Both the position numbers and the translations under genes were made by a program. A DNA stretch of 62,904 nt, the filler included, from Reclinomonas americana ATCC 50394 (Eukaryota): the NCBI GenBank assembly GCA_048213135.1. It is 5 parts of 2 records of this genome, joined end to end, with 100 filler letters (N's around TTAATTAATTAA, not from the genome) between each part and the next. Parts side by side here need not be neighbours in the genome. Positions count along the whole stretch, not along the records: positions 5,838 to 24,575 come from PS015214.1; 4 more parts are not named here. One strand, given 5' to 3'. The notes under the pieces are model-generated. The model was not told where the DNA came from, searched no databases, and saw only the letters and a list, made by a program, of their open reading frames with translations. Below are positions 10,449-21,398 of the stretch, piece after piece. The first letter of the stretch is position 1; every line of letters starts with the position of its first letter.

Positions 10449-13400
10449 GTGTCGTCGAACGCGTGGACAGTGGTGGCGCTGCTCGCCCTGCTGTCGGTGC
10501 TGTTGGCGGGTGCAGCCTGTGGCGCGCCCTCGGTCACGGCCAATGCGCCAGTTGGCGACAGCGACACGCTCGTTGTCTCCACTTGTGCGTACGCGTCTCC
10601 TTTGATCGCATCCACGCCATTCACTGACTCTTTTTTGTTCTGCAGCCACCCGCGAGGTGCAGGATGCTCTCGACGTGTCGGACGAGGTGACCATCAATCT
10701 GGCCGGTATGTTAGTGCGCCTCCCGTTGTCCACTCATCCGCTGGTCTGATGTGGCGTGTCACGCAGGCATTCCGGTCGGTGAGGCCAGCATGGAGCTGGT
10801 GGCGGCGGCCTTGTCGCCCAAGCTGCGCTCGCTGAAGATGGCTTGTGAGTTGTCATACGTTTCTCCCGACAATGATCAACCAAAAGCGCTGATCCCCTTG
10901 CTCACGCAGCGTCTCGCTTGACGACGGCCACGTTCCGCAAGCTGCTGGACCACATCCAGAAGGCACCGGAGCTGCGCGAGCTCGACATTTCAGGTGAGTG
11001 GCGACAAAAAGTTGCCGTGTCGTGTGACCACTCTTCTCACTCTTTCCCAACCCGCGAACAACAGACAACTGGCTCACCGACGGTGCCGCCAAGGACCTGG
11101 GCTACGTGTTGCAGTTCATCCCGAAGTTGGAGAAACTCAACATTGGCTGTTGCGTGTCCGCACGACGACGAGCCCGTCATCACCGCCGCTGCCGCTGACA
11201 TTTGTCATTGTCGTGCCTGCAGACAACTTTATCAGCAACGACGGACTGCGGTGGCTGCTCGACAAGGTGGGCGATGCACCCGAGCTGCGCTCCTTTGCCT
11301 GCAAGGGCGGGTGGGACATCAAGCTGGATCAGGACGCTGGCCGTGTGATTGGCGAGCGACTGAAGAACATGCCAAAGCTGGAGGTGCTCGACCTGGAGAG
11401 TTGCGTAATTGACCGGCACGCTCGCTCAAAGAGTGTGGTCGCAAAAAATCTCACCTTAATCGCCGCAGAACAACCACTGAAGACGGTGGGTCTCCAGAAC
11501 ATTTTTGCCAACCTGGAGAGCGTGCCCAACCTGCGCGAGCTGCACATTCCCAGTTGCGTATCGTCGTCGTCGTCCACATCCACGCACCAAGCTGACTGTC
11601 GCGCCGCAGAGACCGACATGACGTTCCCGGCCGCGAAGGCGTTGGGCCCACTGCTCAAGAACGTACCCAACCTCGAGGTGCTGGATTTGGCAGAGAACAA
11701 GAACGCCAAGGACAAGGGCTTCAAGGCTATCTTCTCGCACCTGTCGCACGTGCCGAATCTGCGCGAGATCAACGTGTACGATTGCGAGATCGAGACTGAT
11801 GGCATGCTGACGCTGGTGGAGAACCTGAAGCACCTGCCGAAGCTGGAGGTGTTGAATCTGTCGAGTTGCGTCTCGCCTCGCTATGCCGTTTCGTCTCCGT
11901 CGTCGTCGTCGACTCACGCTTTCCGCTGTTGACAGAGAACTCGATGCGCGAGAAGCTTGCCGAGCCGTTTGCGCAGGCACTCAAGCACATTCCGGAGCTG
12001 CGCATCTTGCGGCTGGGTAGTTGCGTCTCTTGCACCTCCGTCGGTGAGTTGTGAATCATGCACACTCAATTATCAATCACGCATGTGCAGCGCACAAGTT
12101 TGGCGTGGAGGGCGCCGTCGAGGTTGGCAAGCACCTGAGCAAGTTGCCGAAGCTCGAGGAGCTGGCCTTTAGCGGAGATGGATTCTGTGCGTACCCTGTC
12201 GAGCGTGGGAGAGAGTGCATTTCTGAAAGCTGACCTGGGTTCTGGGTCGTGCGACAGACTTCCCGATCTACGGCCAGGGCACTGGACAGGTGCTCAAGTC
12301 CGTCGCCAAGATCAAGTCGCTCCGCATTCTCGACCTTTCGAGTTGCGCCCTGTCATCGAGCAAGGTTAAATATTATCGCCACTCACCTGCTTCTTCGTGC
12401 AGACACCAAGCCCGACGCCTACGGCCTTGGCATCCTCGACGAGGTGCTGCCGAGCATGGTGAACCTGGAGGAGCTGTACATTGGCGGTGCGTGAGCGAGA
12501 GAGACGTGGTGCTGCTGCAGTTTGGCGATCTCACTGAATTTTTTCCGCACAGCCAACTCGTTTGAGGAGGAGCAGGGCAAGCAACTCGCCGGCATTATCA
12601 ACCGCCGCTCGCCGCCCAAGCTCCGCCGTGTGTGGTTCGAGGGTGAGTGCAGAGTTTTCTCCTGGTGGACCCTGCACAGCGACCACCCTCTCACTTGGAC
12701 GATTCGCAGGAAATCCGCTGAAGACCGACACCAACTTGGAGATCATCAACGCCCAGGTCAAGGCCTTTGGTCCTCGCTTCACCAAGATCGACATTGGAGG
12801 TTTGCTTGCGTACAGCCTCTGTGCATGTCACTCCTTGCTCCGTATTCCTGACGACTGGACCAGGCTGGATGCTCGACGACGACAAGCTGAAGGGCTCGCG
12901 CCTGCTGCAGTACCTGCAGGGTGCACCGAACATTGAGTGGTTCTCCGCCGGCACCAACAAGCTGACCGACGACGGCATTCTGGGTTTGGCGGACCTCGTG
13001 GGCGGCTGGAGCAAGCTCAAGGTCCTGGACCTGCGCAGTTGCGTACCAGCTGCCGTGAGAAGATGGATGACTCCAGTTTCCCTCACCGCGCATTGTGCAT
13101 CACCAGGCAACCCGATTGGTGACCGCGGCATGCAGGGCATCATCAAGAAGCTGCCGGCGAGTTTGGAGTCCCTCTCCTTGTCCAACACGCAGATTGGCGA
13201 CGACACGTTGCTCAACCTGGCCAACAAGCTGTCGTCGTTGCCGAAGCTCATTCGCCTCGATCTCGGTGGTGAGTGCGCACTCTGTGTGTGCTCGAGGGAG
13301 GCGCCGCTTGTCTGATTACGTGACGCGCAGAGAACAAGGAGTACACGGAGGATGGCCTGAAGATGTTCATGAAGCACTTGCACCACTGCCACGCGCTCAA

Positions 13401-14052
13401 GGAGCTGATTTTGAATAGTTGCGAATGCATGCAAGGGGATGTTGAGGGAGGACGTGTGCTGACGAATGTGCATGTGTGCCACTCAGACTGCTACATGTCG
13501 CGCAAGAGTGCTCGCATCATCGGCGACTACTTGCACACAATCCCGTCGCTCGGCGCACTGGACCTGTCTCGTTGCGTGCCGCTCTCCTCGTGAATCCGTT
13601 GCTCTCGTCGCTTTTTTCCTGACTGTTCAGGCGATCGCACAGGCAACCTGATTGGCGACAACGCGGCGCTGCATGTGATCAAGCAGGCCACTCGTCTGCC
13701 GTTCTTTGTGCACCTGACGCTGCGCGGCACCGGCCTCACCGACGACGGCGCAAAGGAGATTGCCGACGTGCTGGGCTCGGCGCAACCGTACGGCATGACG
13801 CTGGATCTGGCAGAGAACAGCATTCAAGACACGGGTGCGTGGGCCCTGGCCGACCGCGAGGTGGCGCCCGATGCCAAGCTGCGCAAGCTGACACTCAACT
13901 TGATTCGTTGCGTAACCTCATGACTGCGTGTATGTGCGTTGAGTGGGTGGATGATCTCACGTTTTCTGCTGTGCAACACAGGCAACAATATCAGCGAGGA
14001 GGTGAGGAAACAGATCCATGAGGCGCACCCGCTCATCTACACCGGCGGCTGA
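10449..14052 (+). CDS. Probably secreted RNI-like leucine-rich-repeat protein, at least 20 exons; start codon not resolved
   Basis: Signal-peptide-like WTVVALLALLSVLLAGAACG, followed by ~28-aa repeats PxLxxLDLSxNx(I/L) (e.g. PELRELDISDNWLT, PNLEVLDLAENK, SKLKVLDLRSNPIG). The 19 introns are all phase 1. Ends HPLIYTGG*. Confidence 0.88.
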
Positions 14053-14231
14053 GGTGTCGCCGTCAGGCCGATTTAGTTTTCTTTTTACGAAGAGAGATAG
14101 TGCACAACGAGACACGTTCTTTTTTCAGTGGTATTATTCTTCCATGATTTCACTTATGGGGGGATAAGAGGGAAAGGAGGAGGTGGATGTGGGGGGTCTG
14201 TCAGCGCCACCACCACCACTCTATTGGGTTT

Positions 14232-15569
14232 CTACTCGATCTTGTTGCTGGTCACCACCGTTGTTGTCTCCACTGTCGGCAAGAACAGGGTCTGCCAGCG
14301 CTTCTTGCCCCATCGCGGCGCATGATTCAGCGTCTCCTCTCGCACGTACTGTGGGCACGAGTGGTCAGTCTCGCTTCCACACAGCAAACGAGCAGTGTGT
14401 AATGCACCATCAAGAAGGTGCACGCAAAATAGGAGCCGAGACCAGTGCCCACGTGCCTGTACAACATGGACGGTGAGCAGCAGCGGGAGGGTGAGAGTGA
14501 AAGAAAGAGAGTGGCTTCGCGCACCACCACGAGTGCAGCTGGAAGAGGACGCGCGGAACCATCATCTCCAGTCGAGAGCACAGATGATAGTCGAACAACT
14601 GCATCCATTCAAAGTGAGCCCAAAAGACTCAGCAGCTGGAGCAGGGCTGCGCACGTACCCACAACACGGCGCCCATAAAGTACGTCCACATCGCCAAGTC
14701 GTACATCTCGCGCACGTTCTGCAGCGTCGTCGTCATCGACATGAACACGAAGCAGGAAGAGAGAGCGAGATTCCTCCCACACACTCACCTTCTTCGGATG
14801 GTGCCACGCAATGTACCCCGACTGCACTGTGGTCGCAATGACGCCCAGGATGTAGCTTGCCTGTCACTCACCTCCCCATGAGCATGCATCCAGCAAGGAA
14901 ACGAGGAGAAAAGGAGCAAACAACAGCGCGCACCTGGAACCAGAACGGCTGGTCGGGGAAAAGCAGCAAACACAACGTGCCGCAGATCGTGTACACGACG
15001 AGCATGGGAATAATCGTCTTCGGCGCCTTGCCTCGCATGTTCTGCATGCACACACCCGTGAGCAGCAATGCAGCAGCAGCAGCAACAGTCGAACGCAACA
15101 ATGGCAGCATAGACAAAGAACGATCCACCGATGAGCATCGGAAATTCATCGAGAACCTGACCAAGGCGCGAGAGAGTGGCGTGGAATGCAGTCGATCCCA
15201 GTCCCTAAAGAGAGAGAGAGAGAGACGCGCACGTCAAAACATGCAACGAGAGAAAGAGTGTGTGTGAAAGAAAAAGAGGCGCTCACCACACACACAAGCG
15301 ACGCATACAGTCCCCAGAAGCGCCACTCTGCACGAATGCGCGCACAGTTCAGCAGGCCAATGATGGCCGGCACCCAGATGAATGCATTCGAGAGCGTGTT
15401 CCACGTCTCGGCAATGTACGAAGAGTGCACGCAGTTGGCCTCGCACCAGTCTAGCACATAAGTGTGAGAGAGAGATGACTTGACGAGCGTTTCTTCTTGC
15501 GTGCAAGTGGTGCTCACCAATGTACCCAGTGACGGGCTCCCAGAAACACTCGTTCTTTGGCCCGCGCAT
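14232..15569 (-). CDS. ACER3: Alkaline ceramidase (ACER3/Ypc1 family, CREST superfamily)
   Basis: Spliced motifs FWEPVTGYIDWCEAN, YIAETWNTLSN, GLGSTAFHATL, VLDEFPM and QLHSWWHVGTGLGSY. Confidence 0.92.
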
Positions 15570-15642
15570 CGAAACAGCAAACCACGATATTCACCGTCTG
15601 TCTGATCCGTACAAGGTTCTCAATTATCGGATTGTGAGAGAA

Positions 15643-18350
15643 ATGACAGAGACACAGTGTGCCGCATCCACGTTTCATCGCCACCCGCTGCGTCTGATCG
15701 ACTTGACGACGGAGTCGCAGGCAAAGGCGCATGAGATTGCCGAGTGCGCGTTGCGTTTTCTTCTTGTCGGTGTTGTTTTTGAGTGCGTGTCTCGTGGAGA
15801 GAATCTTCCGACGCGCGTGCTCCAGTGCGTGTCTGGAGCTGTGTGAACCGCCAATTGTGTTGTGCACGGAGGCGCAGCATCCGCTTTGTCGTGCGGTGAG
15901 TGACGCGGTGTGTGTCCAGATGCGAATCTTTTTTCTCACCAATCGTCACTCGTGCAGCATCTGACGCGCGCCGAGCGGCATCTGTGTCCATGCTGCGACA
16001 CATCGCTCGACTCGTGTGTGTCGCCGTCAGACGAGGTGACGGCGGCGTTTGAGGGCTTGCAGGTTCGTTCCTGTGTGTTGGTGGTGGACCTTGCAATTAC
16101 CAAGTTGTCTCTCTCAATCGGCGGATCATCACAGGTGGCGCACTGCCCGAACGCACAGTGTGCGTGGAAGGGAACACTCGGTGACTACGTGCACACGCAT
16201 GAGCATGTGTGTGAGATCCAGTGCTCGCAGTGCCACGAACCGGTGCCGCGGTGCCACATGCGTGAGCATCGAGGTGCGCGTGAGCTGTTTGGTGGCGAGA
16301 GTGTATCCTCCTCCCGCTCAGTCGATCTTCCTTCATGCAGAGCACGTTTGCAACCAGCGGGCGGCACACTGCCACGCTGCGTCGATTGGCTGTGCGTGGG
16401 TCGGCGTGGTCGCCGATCTCGACGCCCATGAGCACCAGTGTGCATTTGCCTCGGCGGGCGAGCCCGTCAAGCGTCGCGTTGCGTCGTGGATGCTGGCAGC
16501 TGCTGACAGCTGTGATAGGCAGAGCTTATTCAAATGTGCAACATGCAGATCACCACCCTGCAAGACGAGAACAAGCACCTTGCTGAGGAACGCGATCAGC
16601 TGCTGGCGACGATCCGGGAGCTGAGTGTCAGTCACACGCCTCATCATTCTCACGCACATGGACATCCCGTCGAGGATCCGGGAATGGTGGTGCGTCATCT
16701 ATCTCCTCGCACTCTCTCCCGTGCCTGCCTACTTATGTGCACGCGTGCTCAGGCCAAGCTGGAGACAAGAAACCGAGAGATGCGGATGCGAGTGCATGAA
16801 CTGGAACGCGAAGTGGTCCGCCTGCGTAAGTCACTCCGCGTGCGATCTCGGGTGCGCATGCGTCGTGCACGCAAGAGAGTACGATGGAGAGACGCTCACT
16901 GTAGTGCTCTTGTGCAGTCGCCACCGTCGCATGCGTCGACGCCGCGATACGCGACATCGGTTTCACAATCGGTGCAAGAGCTGCCGCACTCGCACGCACC
17001 TGCACACGGCCACAGTGTCAGCATGGTCAGTTGCCTTGTGCTGATTGCATCACGGGCTGGTGACTAACAACGTGTGCTCCTCGTCATAGAGTGCCGCTGG
17101 CGCCGCATCGTCGTCGCCGAGCGCGCGACCAGCCAGTGCGGCGAGTACGGTAAGTGTCATGCGCGATGAACATCCCTCCTCGTTGTGTGCATCGGAACAA
17201 CTCACTGAAGAGGGTTGCTGGCGGTGGAGTCGCGTAGGTGGCGCCTTTGAGTGCACGCTCGTCGTCCAGCATGTCGTCGCACTCGTCGCTGGTGCGCTGC
17301 CTGTGAGAAACAACGTTTTTCGACACTGAGTTGTGTGCTGATTGGTTTCAAACGGGCAGTTTTCGCACTCGAGTCACCATCACGGCCACAAGGTTTGTGA
17401 GCGTGTGCTGAGGTGAGACCTGGAGGTTGCTGTTGACAGGGAATCTGTGTGATGTGCAGCGATGCCTGCGCTGCCATGCGTTGGTGGAGAGCGAGCAGGA
17501 GGCGGAGATTCCGTGTGGTTTGTCGGATTTCTCGCCTGCCTGCAGTCGTCCTTTTCTGTAGAGCTCCACTCACTGCGACTGGTGTCACTGTGTGATGTAG
17601 TGTACCATCCAGGGACCTACCGCACCAAGCCATCAGCTCTGCCGTTCGGACACACTGTTGCGTGCGTGTCGAAGAAAAAAGCAGTCACATGTGGCACTCA
17701 CTGCATGCTGTTGTTTGTGTGTGCAGTATGTGCGTGCATCACCACTCTGCTGAAAGTAGTAGTGACTCACCGCCTGCTGTCTCTTGCTGTGGCTCTCTCT
17801 TCCTTCGCCTGGCAGTCGGTACGTGTGCCACACAAAACTCACGATTGTGAATTTCGGCACTTACTTATAACTTGTCTCTCTCTCTGCAGCGAGTTGAGTC
17901 CACTGCAGTCCACCTCGTCTGTTGCATATGTTTGATGACATCTGACATTATCGTGTGTACTTCTGCGTTCTGCCGTCGCTCCTTTGCTTCACGGATGTTA
18001 GGGGGTGAGTGATCGATATGATCGATATCGATATCGAACAACACCGACTGCTTCTCTGTGTTATGCTCGCTAACACTGTTCTGCTTCTCACCATGTCGTT
18101 CCTTTACCATCTCGTGTCGCATGTGGATGGCAGGAGGTACGTGCGCAGTGCGGCATATGAGTTGTCTTCGATTTCCATTCTGATCCTTGGCCTCTTCGGT
18201 GCAGTGGGAGTGCTGCGGAAAGTGGGGCGAGGTGAGTATTGCACTGACATGCCTGCGCTCTCTGTTTGCATGCGAGGCTGACCGCACTGGTGCTTCGACC
18301 AACAACAGGATGCGCCCGGCTGCCACGAAGAGAAATTCCACGAGTTGTGA
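15643..18350 (+). CDS. RING finger + TRAF-type zinc fingers + coiled coil + C-terminal CHORD/Btk-like zinc finger, including five 3-nt microexons
   Basis: RING-like CAAC..C..H.LC..H..CPCC; TRAF-like CPNAQCAWKG..H..C and C..ASIGCAW..H..C; coiled coil ITTLQDENKHLAEERDQLL. Intron 17150-17237 links in frame to RCLRC..PCVYHPGTY..GHT-Y-S-R-G-E-WECCGKWGEDAPGCHEEKFHEL*. Confidence 0.8.
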
Positions 18351-18513
18351 ACACACCCAGAGCCGGAAGGACCGGCGGATTGGTTTTTGCATACACAACC
18401 ACCGACAGACATTTAGAATGCTACAGTGAACACTTGAACACGTAATGCAGCGAGCATGAAGGCGTTGGGTCGGAAAATTGAGCGGACAACTCGAGTCCCA
18501 CTCTTCACAATCC

Positions 18514-19413
18514 ATGTCAGGTGACGCGCGTCACCACACACACACACGCAGCATCAAACACATGTGCACTCATCGCCCTCTACCACCACAGCGGCTTCCT
18601 CGTCCACCACACCCGTGTCGTTGCGTTGCCTCTCTCTCTCTCTCCCTCTCTCTCTCCCACATGCACTCTCGTTGCGCATCGCTCACTCCACAAATGCAGA
18701 TCAGCTGCTGCACCCTCGCGTCGACAAGTCGTCAGGGAAGTGCATGGTGAGGAGCATCCGCACACACACGTGCAGTGCTGCATCCTCCGATGCTGACATC
18801 AATGCACATCGTCAGGTGACTTGTTCACCTCCAAGGACTCGCTTGCACACTGCGTCTCTGTCGACATGCATATGGGCAAGGGCATTGCGACCGAGTTCAA
18901 GCGACGCTTTGGCGGCGTCGATGAGCTCAAGGCGCAAGACCCCTGTGCGTCAACCCCTCTCTCTCTCTTGTTGCGGTCGCCCCTCTCACACTCCTGCACT
19001 ACATTCAGCGATCGGCTCGGTGGTGTTTCTGGATCGCGAGGAGGAGAATCGAGCCATCTTCTACCTCGTCACCAAGGAGAAGGCAAGTGTTCCCGTCTGG
19101 CGACCGCGATGGCAGTCCGATTGACGCGCTCCTGCATGCACAGTACTTCCACAAGCCAACGTACGCCACGCTGCGCCAGGCACTGGAGGGCATGCGACGG
19201 CTGTGCACGACGCTGGCCGTCAAGTGCATCTCCATGCCACGCATCGGCTGGTACTCTCCTCTCCCCTCTCCCTCCCTCTCTCGCTCGCTTTGCACTCATC
19301 CGTGTGACCTTCTTGGTAGTGGTCTGGATCGCCTCGAATGGGGTCGCGTGGAGGAGATGCTGAACGAGGTGTTTGGCGACACGGACGTGGAGATCACAGT
19401 GTACGTGTTGTAG
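18514..19413 (+). CDS. OARD1: Macrodomain ADP-ribose glycohydrolase, OARD1/TARG1 type
   Basis: [62 protein letters not shown] and ITVYVL*. One GC-AG intron (19083-19143). Confidence 0.95.
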
Positions 19414-19527
19414 CCAATCATCATCATCATCATCGTTTAAAATGCAGAATATCCACCACCAGCACGACCCATCATCTAAACTAACAAACAGCCACACACA
19501 CACTCAACAAACAACTCTCCCACAAGC

Positions 19528-21090
19528 CTACTTGCGCTCCTCGTAAACAAACATGTCTCCAAACTCTTGCATGACGGCATCGAGCACCGCTGCATGGTCG
19601 CACACCACCACCCTCTTGCCGGCCTTGGCCAGCTTCTTGGCAATGCGCAGCTTGGGCGAGTTGTCAATCATCGGCACGGCGCAGTTCGGCTTGTATGTCA
19701 CGTCCTCGAATCGGTACTGCGCGCACAAGTACGGTGAGTGACCGGCAATACCCACCACCATAAACCGCAGCACGCAACTTCCTCGCGATCCTCCGCCAGC
19801 AAGTCGTGGAACATGAGATCCGAGTGGAAGTCATTGTACTGATCCGAGGCCTCCGGCAGCAGCGGCTTCACGCCAATCGACGATGCATACACACCCAGCG
19901 CCACATTGTCTCGTGGGTAGCACGGTCCACCGTACGCGTAGCCGGGTCGGATGCACTTGGGTCCGATCGAGTCGTCGCAGCCGAGAGCACGCGAGATTTC
20001 GTCCTTGTCGGCGCCAGGAGTCCGATCGGCAATGTCGCCAATCATGTTTCTGTCGACGCAACGGCGCACGTAAGTATGAAGGAGAGAGAGAGAGAGAGGC
20101 AGCCAAGAAAATACAAGTGACGAGACGCAACGCAAACGAGATCTTGATGGTGCGGAAGCAGTTGGAGGCCAGCTTGGTGATCTCGGCCGATTCCGGTGTC
20201 ATGCGGCAAATGGCGGGCGGTGAGGTCGAGCCACGCGCCAGCGCCGTGTAGATCTCTGTTAGCCGTGCAGCGCTGGCGTCGTTGTCGGCACCCACGAGCA
20301 CCATGGAAAAGTAGCCGCCGGTTTGGTAGCCTTTCAGAATGTCGCCCTGTGCGACGAACGCCGGGTTGTAGTTGACTGTGACGTTGGGGCAGTCGCGCAG
20401 CAAGAAGCGCGCCACGTTGCGAATGTAGCCCGGCATCACCGTGCACGAGATCACAATGTGCTTGTCGGCGGGCTTGCGACGATTGACCTGGCTCAGCACA
20501 CGCGATACCTTCGAGTGATCGTACTGACGCTCGCCACCAGCCGTTGGCGTGTCCACCAGCACAAACACCGTGTCGGCGAACTCCAGTCCCTGCGAGTCGC
20601 AAGGTAGCATGAAGAGGTCAGTTGTTCTGCACTCCAATCCTCGCAGGAGTCGACAAGAACACACCTCGGCAAGCGATGTGGTGGCGCGGAAATTGGTGCA
20701 CGACTGCAGCAACTCGGTGACGCCCGGCTCGTCCGACACATACGTGCGGTTGTTCAGTGCCTCGCAGTACACGGGCGACAGGTCGACACCGAGCACATCG
20801 TAGCCGGCACGCTCGCACGACAAGGAGAAGCACAAACCGATACGACCGATGCCTGCATGCATGCATGCCGGATTGAGTTCTCAACCGACGAGGACAAGGA
20901 GGAGAAGGTGCAGTGCATATGAAGGAGAGACGAGAGTGATGCTCCCGTGTACAGGCAGACAAGAGATGCAGCAGAGTAAGTGAAGGGTGTTGCGTGCGTG
21001 TGATCGTCGTGATCACATGTCCGCGAAGGACACAGAGACGCACTCACCGATCACGGTGAGCTTGTTGCTGGAGGACGACGATGAGGCCAT
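19528..21090 (-). CDS. UDP-glucose/GDP-mannose dehydrogenase family protein
   Basis: Rossmann motif VIGIGRIGL, VDTPT, YNPAFVAQG, AEITKLASNCFRTIKISFANMIGD, catalytic-Cys motif YGGPCYPRD, and TYKPN. Confidence 0.92.
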
Positions 21091-21398
21091 GGGTTCCGTG
21101 AGGATGATGATGATGAGGGATAACTGCACACAGCAGCAGCATCAAGTGAGTTCTCGGAGCTCACAGAGAGCCGCCATGGCCATGTGCAACACACAAAGAA
21201 AGAGAGAGAAAGCGCAACGCGATTGCAGACTAGTCGATCAGGAGGAGGAGCAAGTGCATCAACTCCCCGCTCACTCTTCTCCCCACTCCCCTCTTCTCAC
21301 TCGACAATCGACCCAACACGTGCTCACCAAACAACACAACGAGCTGGAAATACTCCGATTCCGTCCATTCAAGTGAGTGGGTGGAATACCCCTCAATC

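Noticed and set aside
11400-11406. Non-canonical TT-AG introns (G|TTGCGT)
   Set aside because: Cleavage one base later breaks the reading frame at every tested site; GT cleavage keeps it.
18011-18037. Repeated GATATC/ATCGAT palindromes including a DRE-like TATCGATA
   Set aside because: Short low-complexity tandem inside an intron, with no support for function.
18009-18281. Hydrophobic 90-aa ORF that looks like a membrane protein
   Set aside because: It is better explained as pyrimidine-rich introns plus the GAG microexon and the WECCGKWGE exon in another frame.
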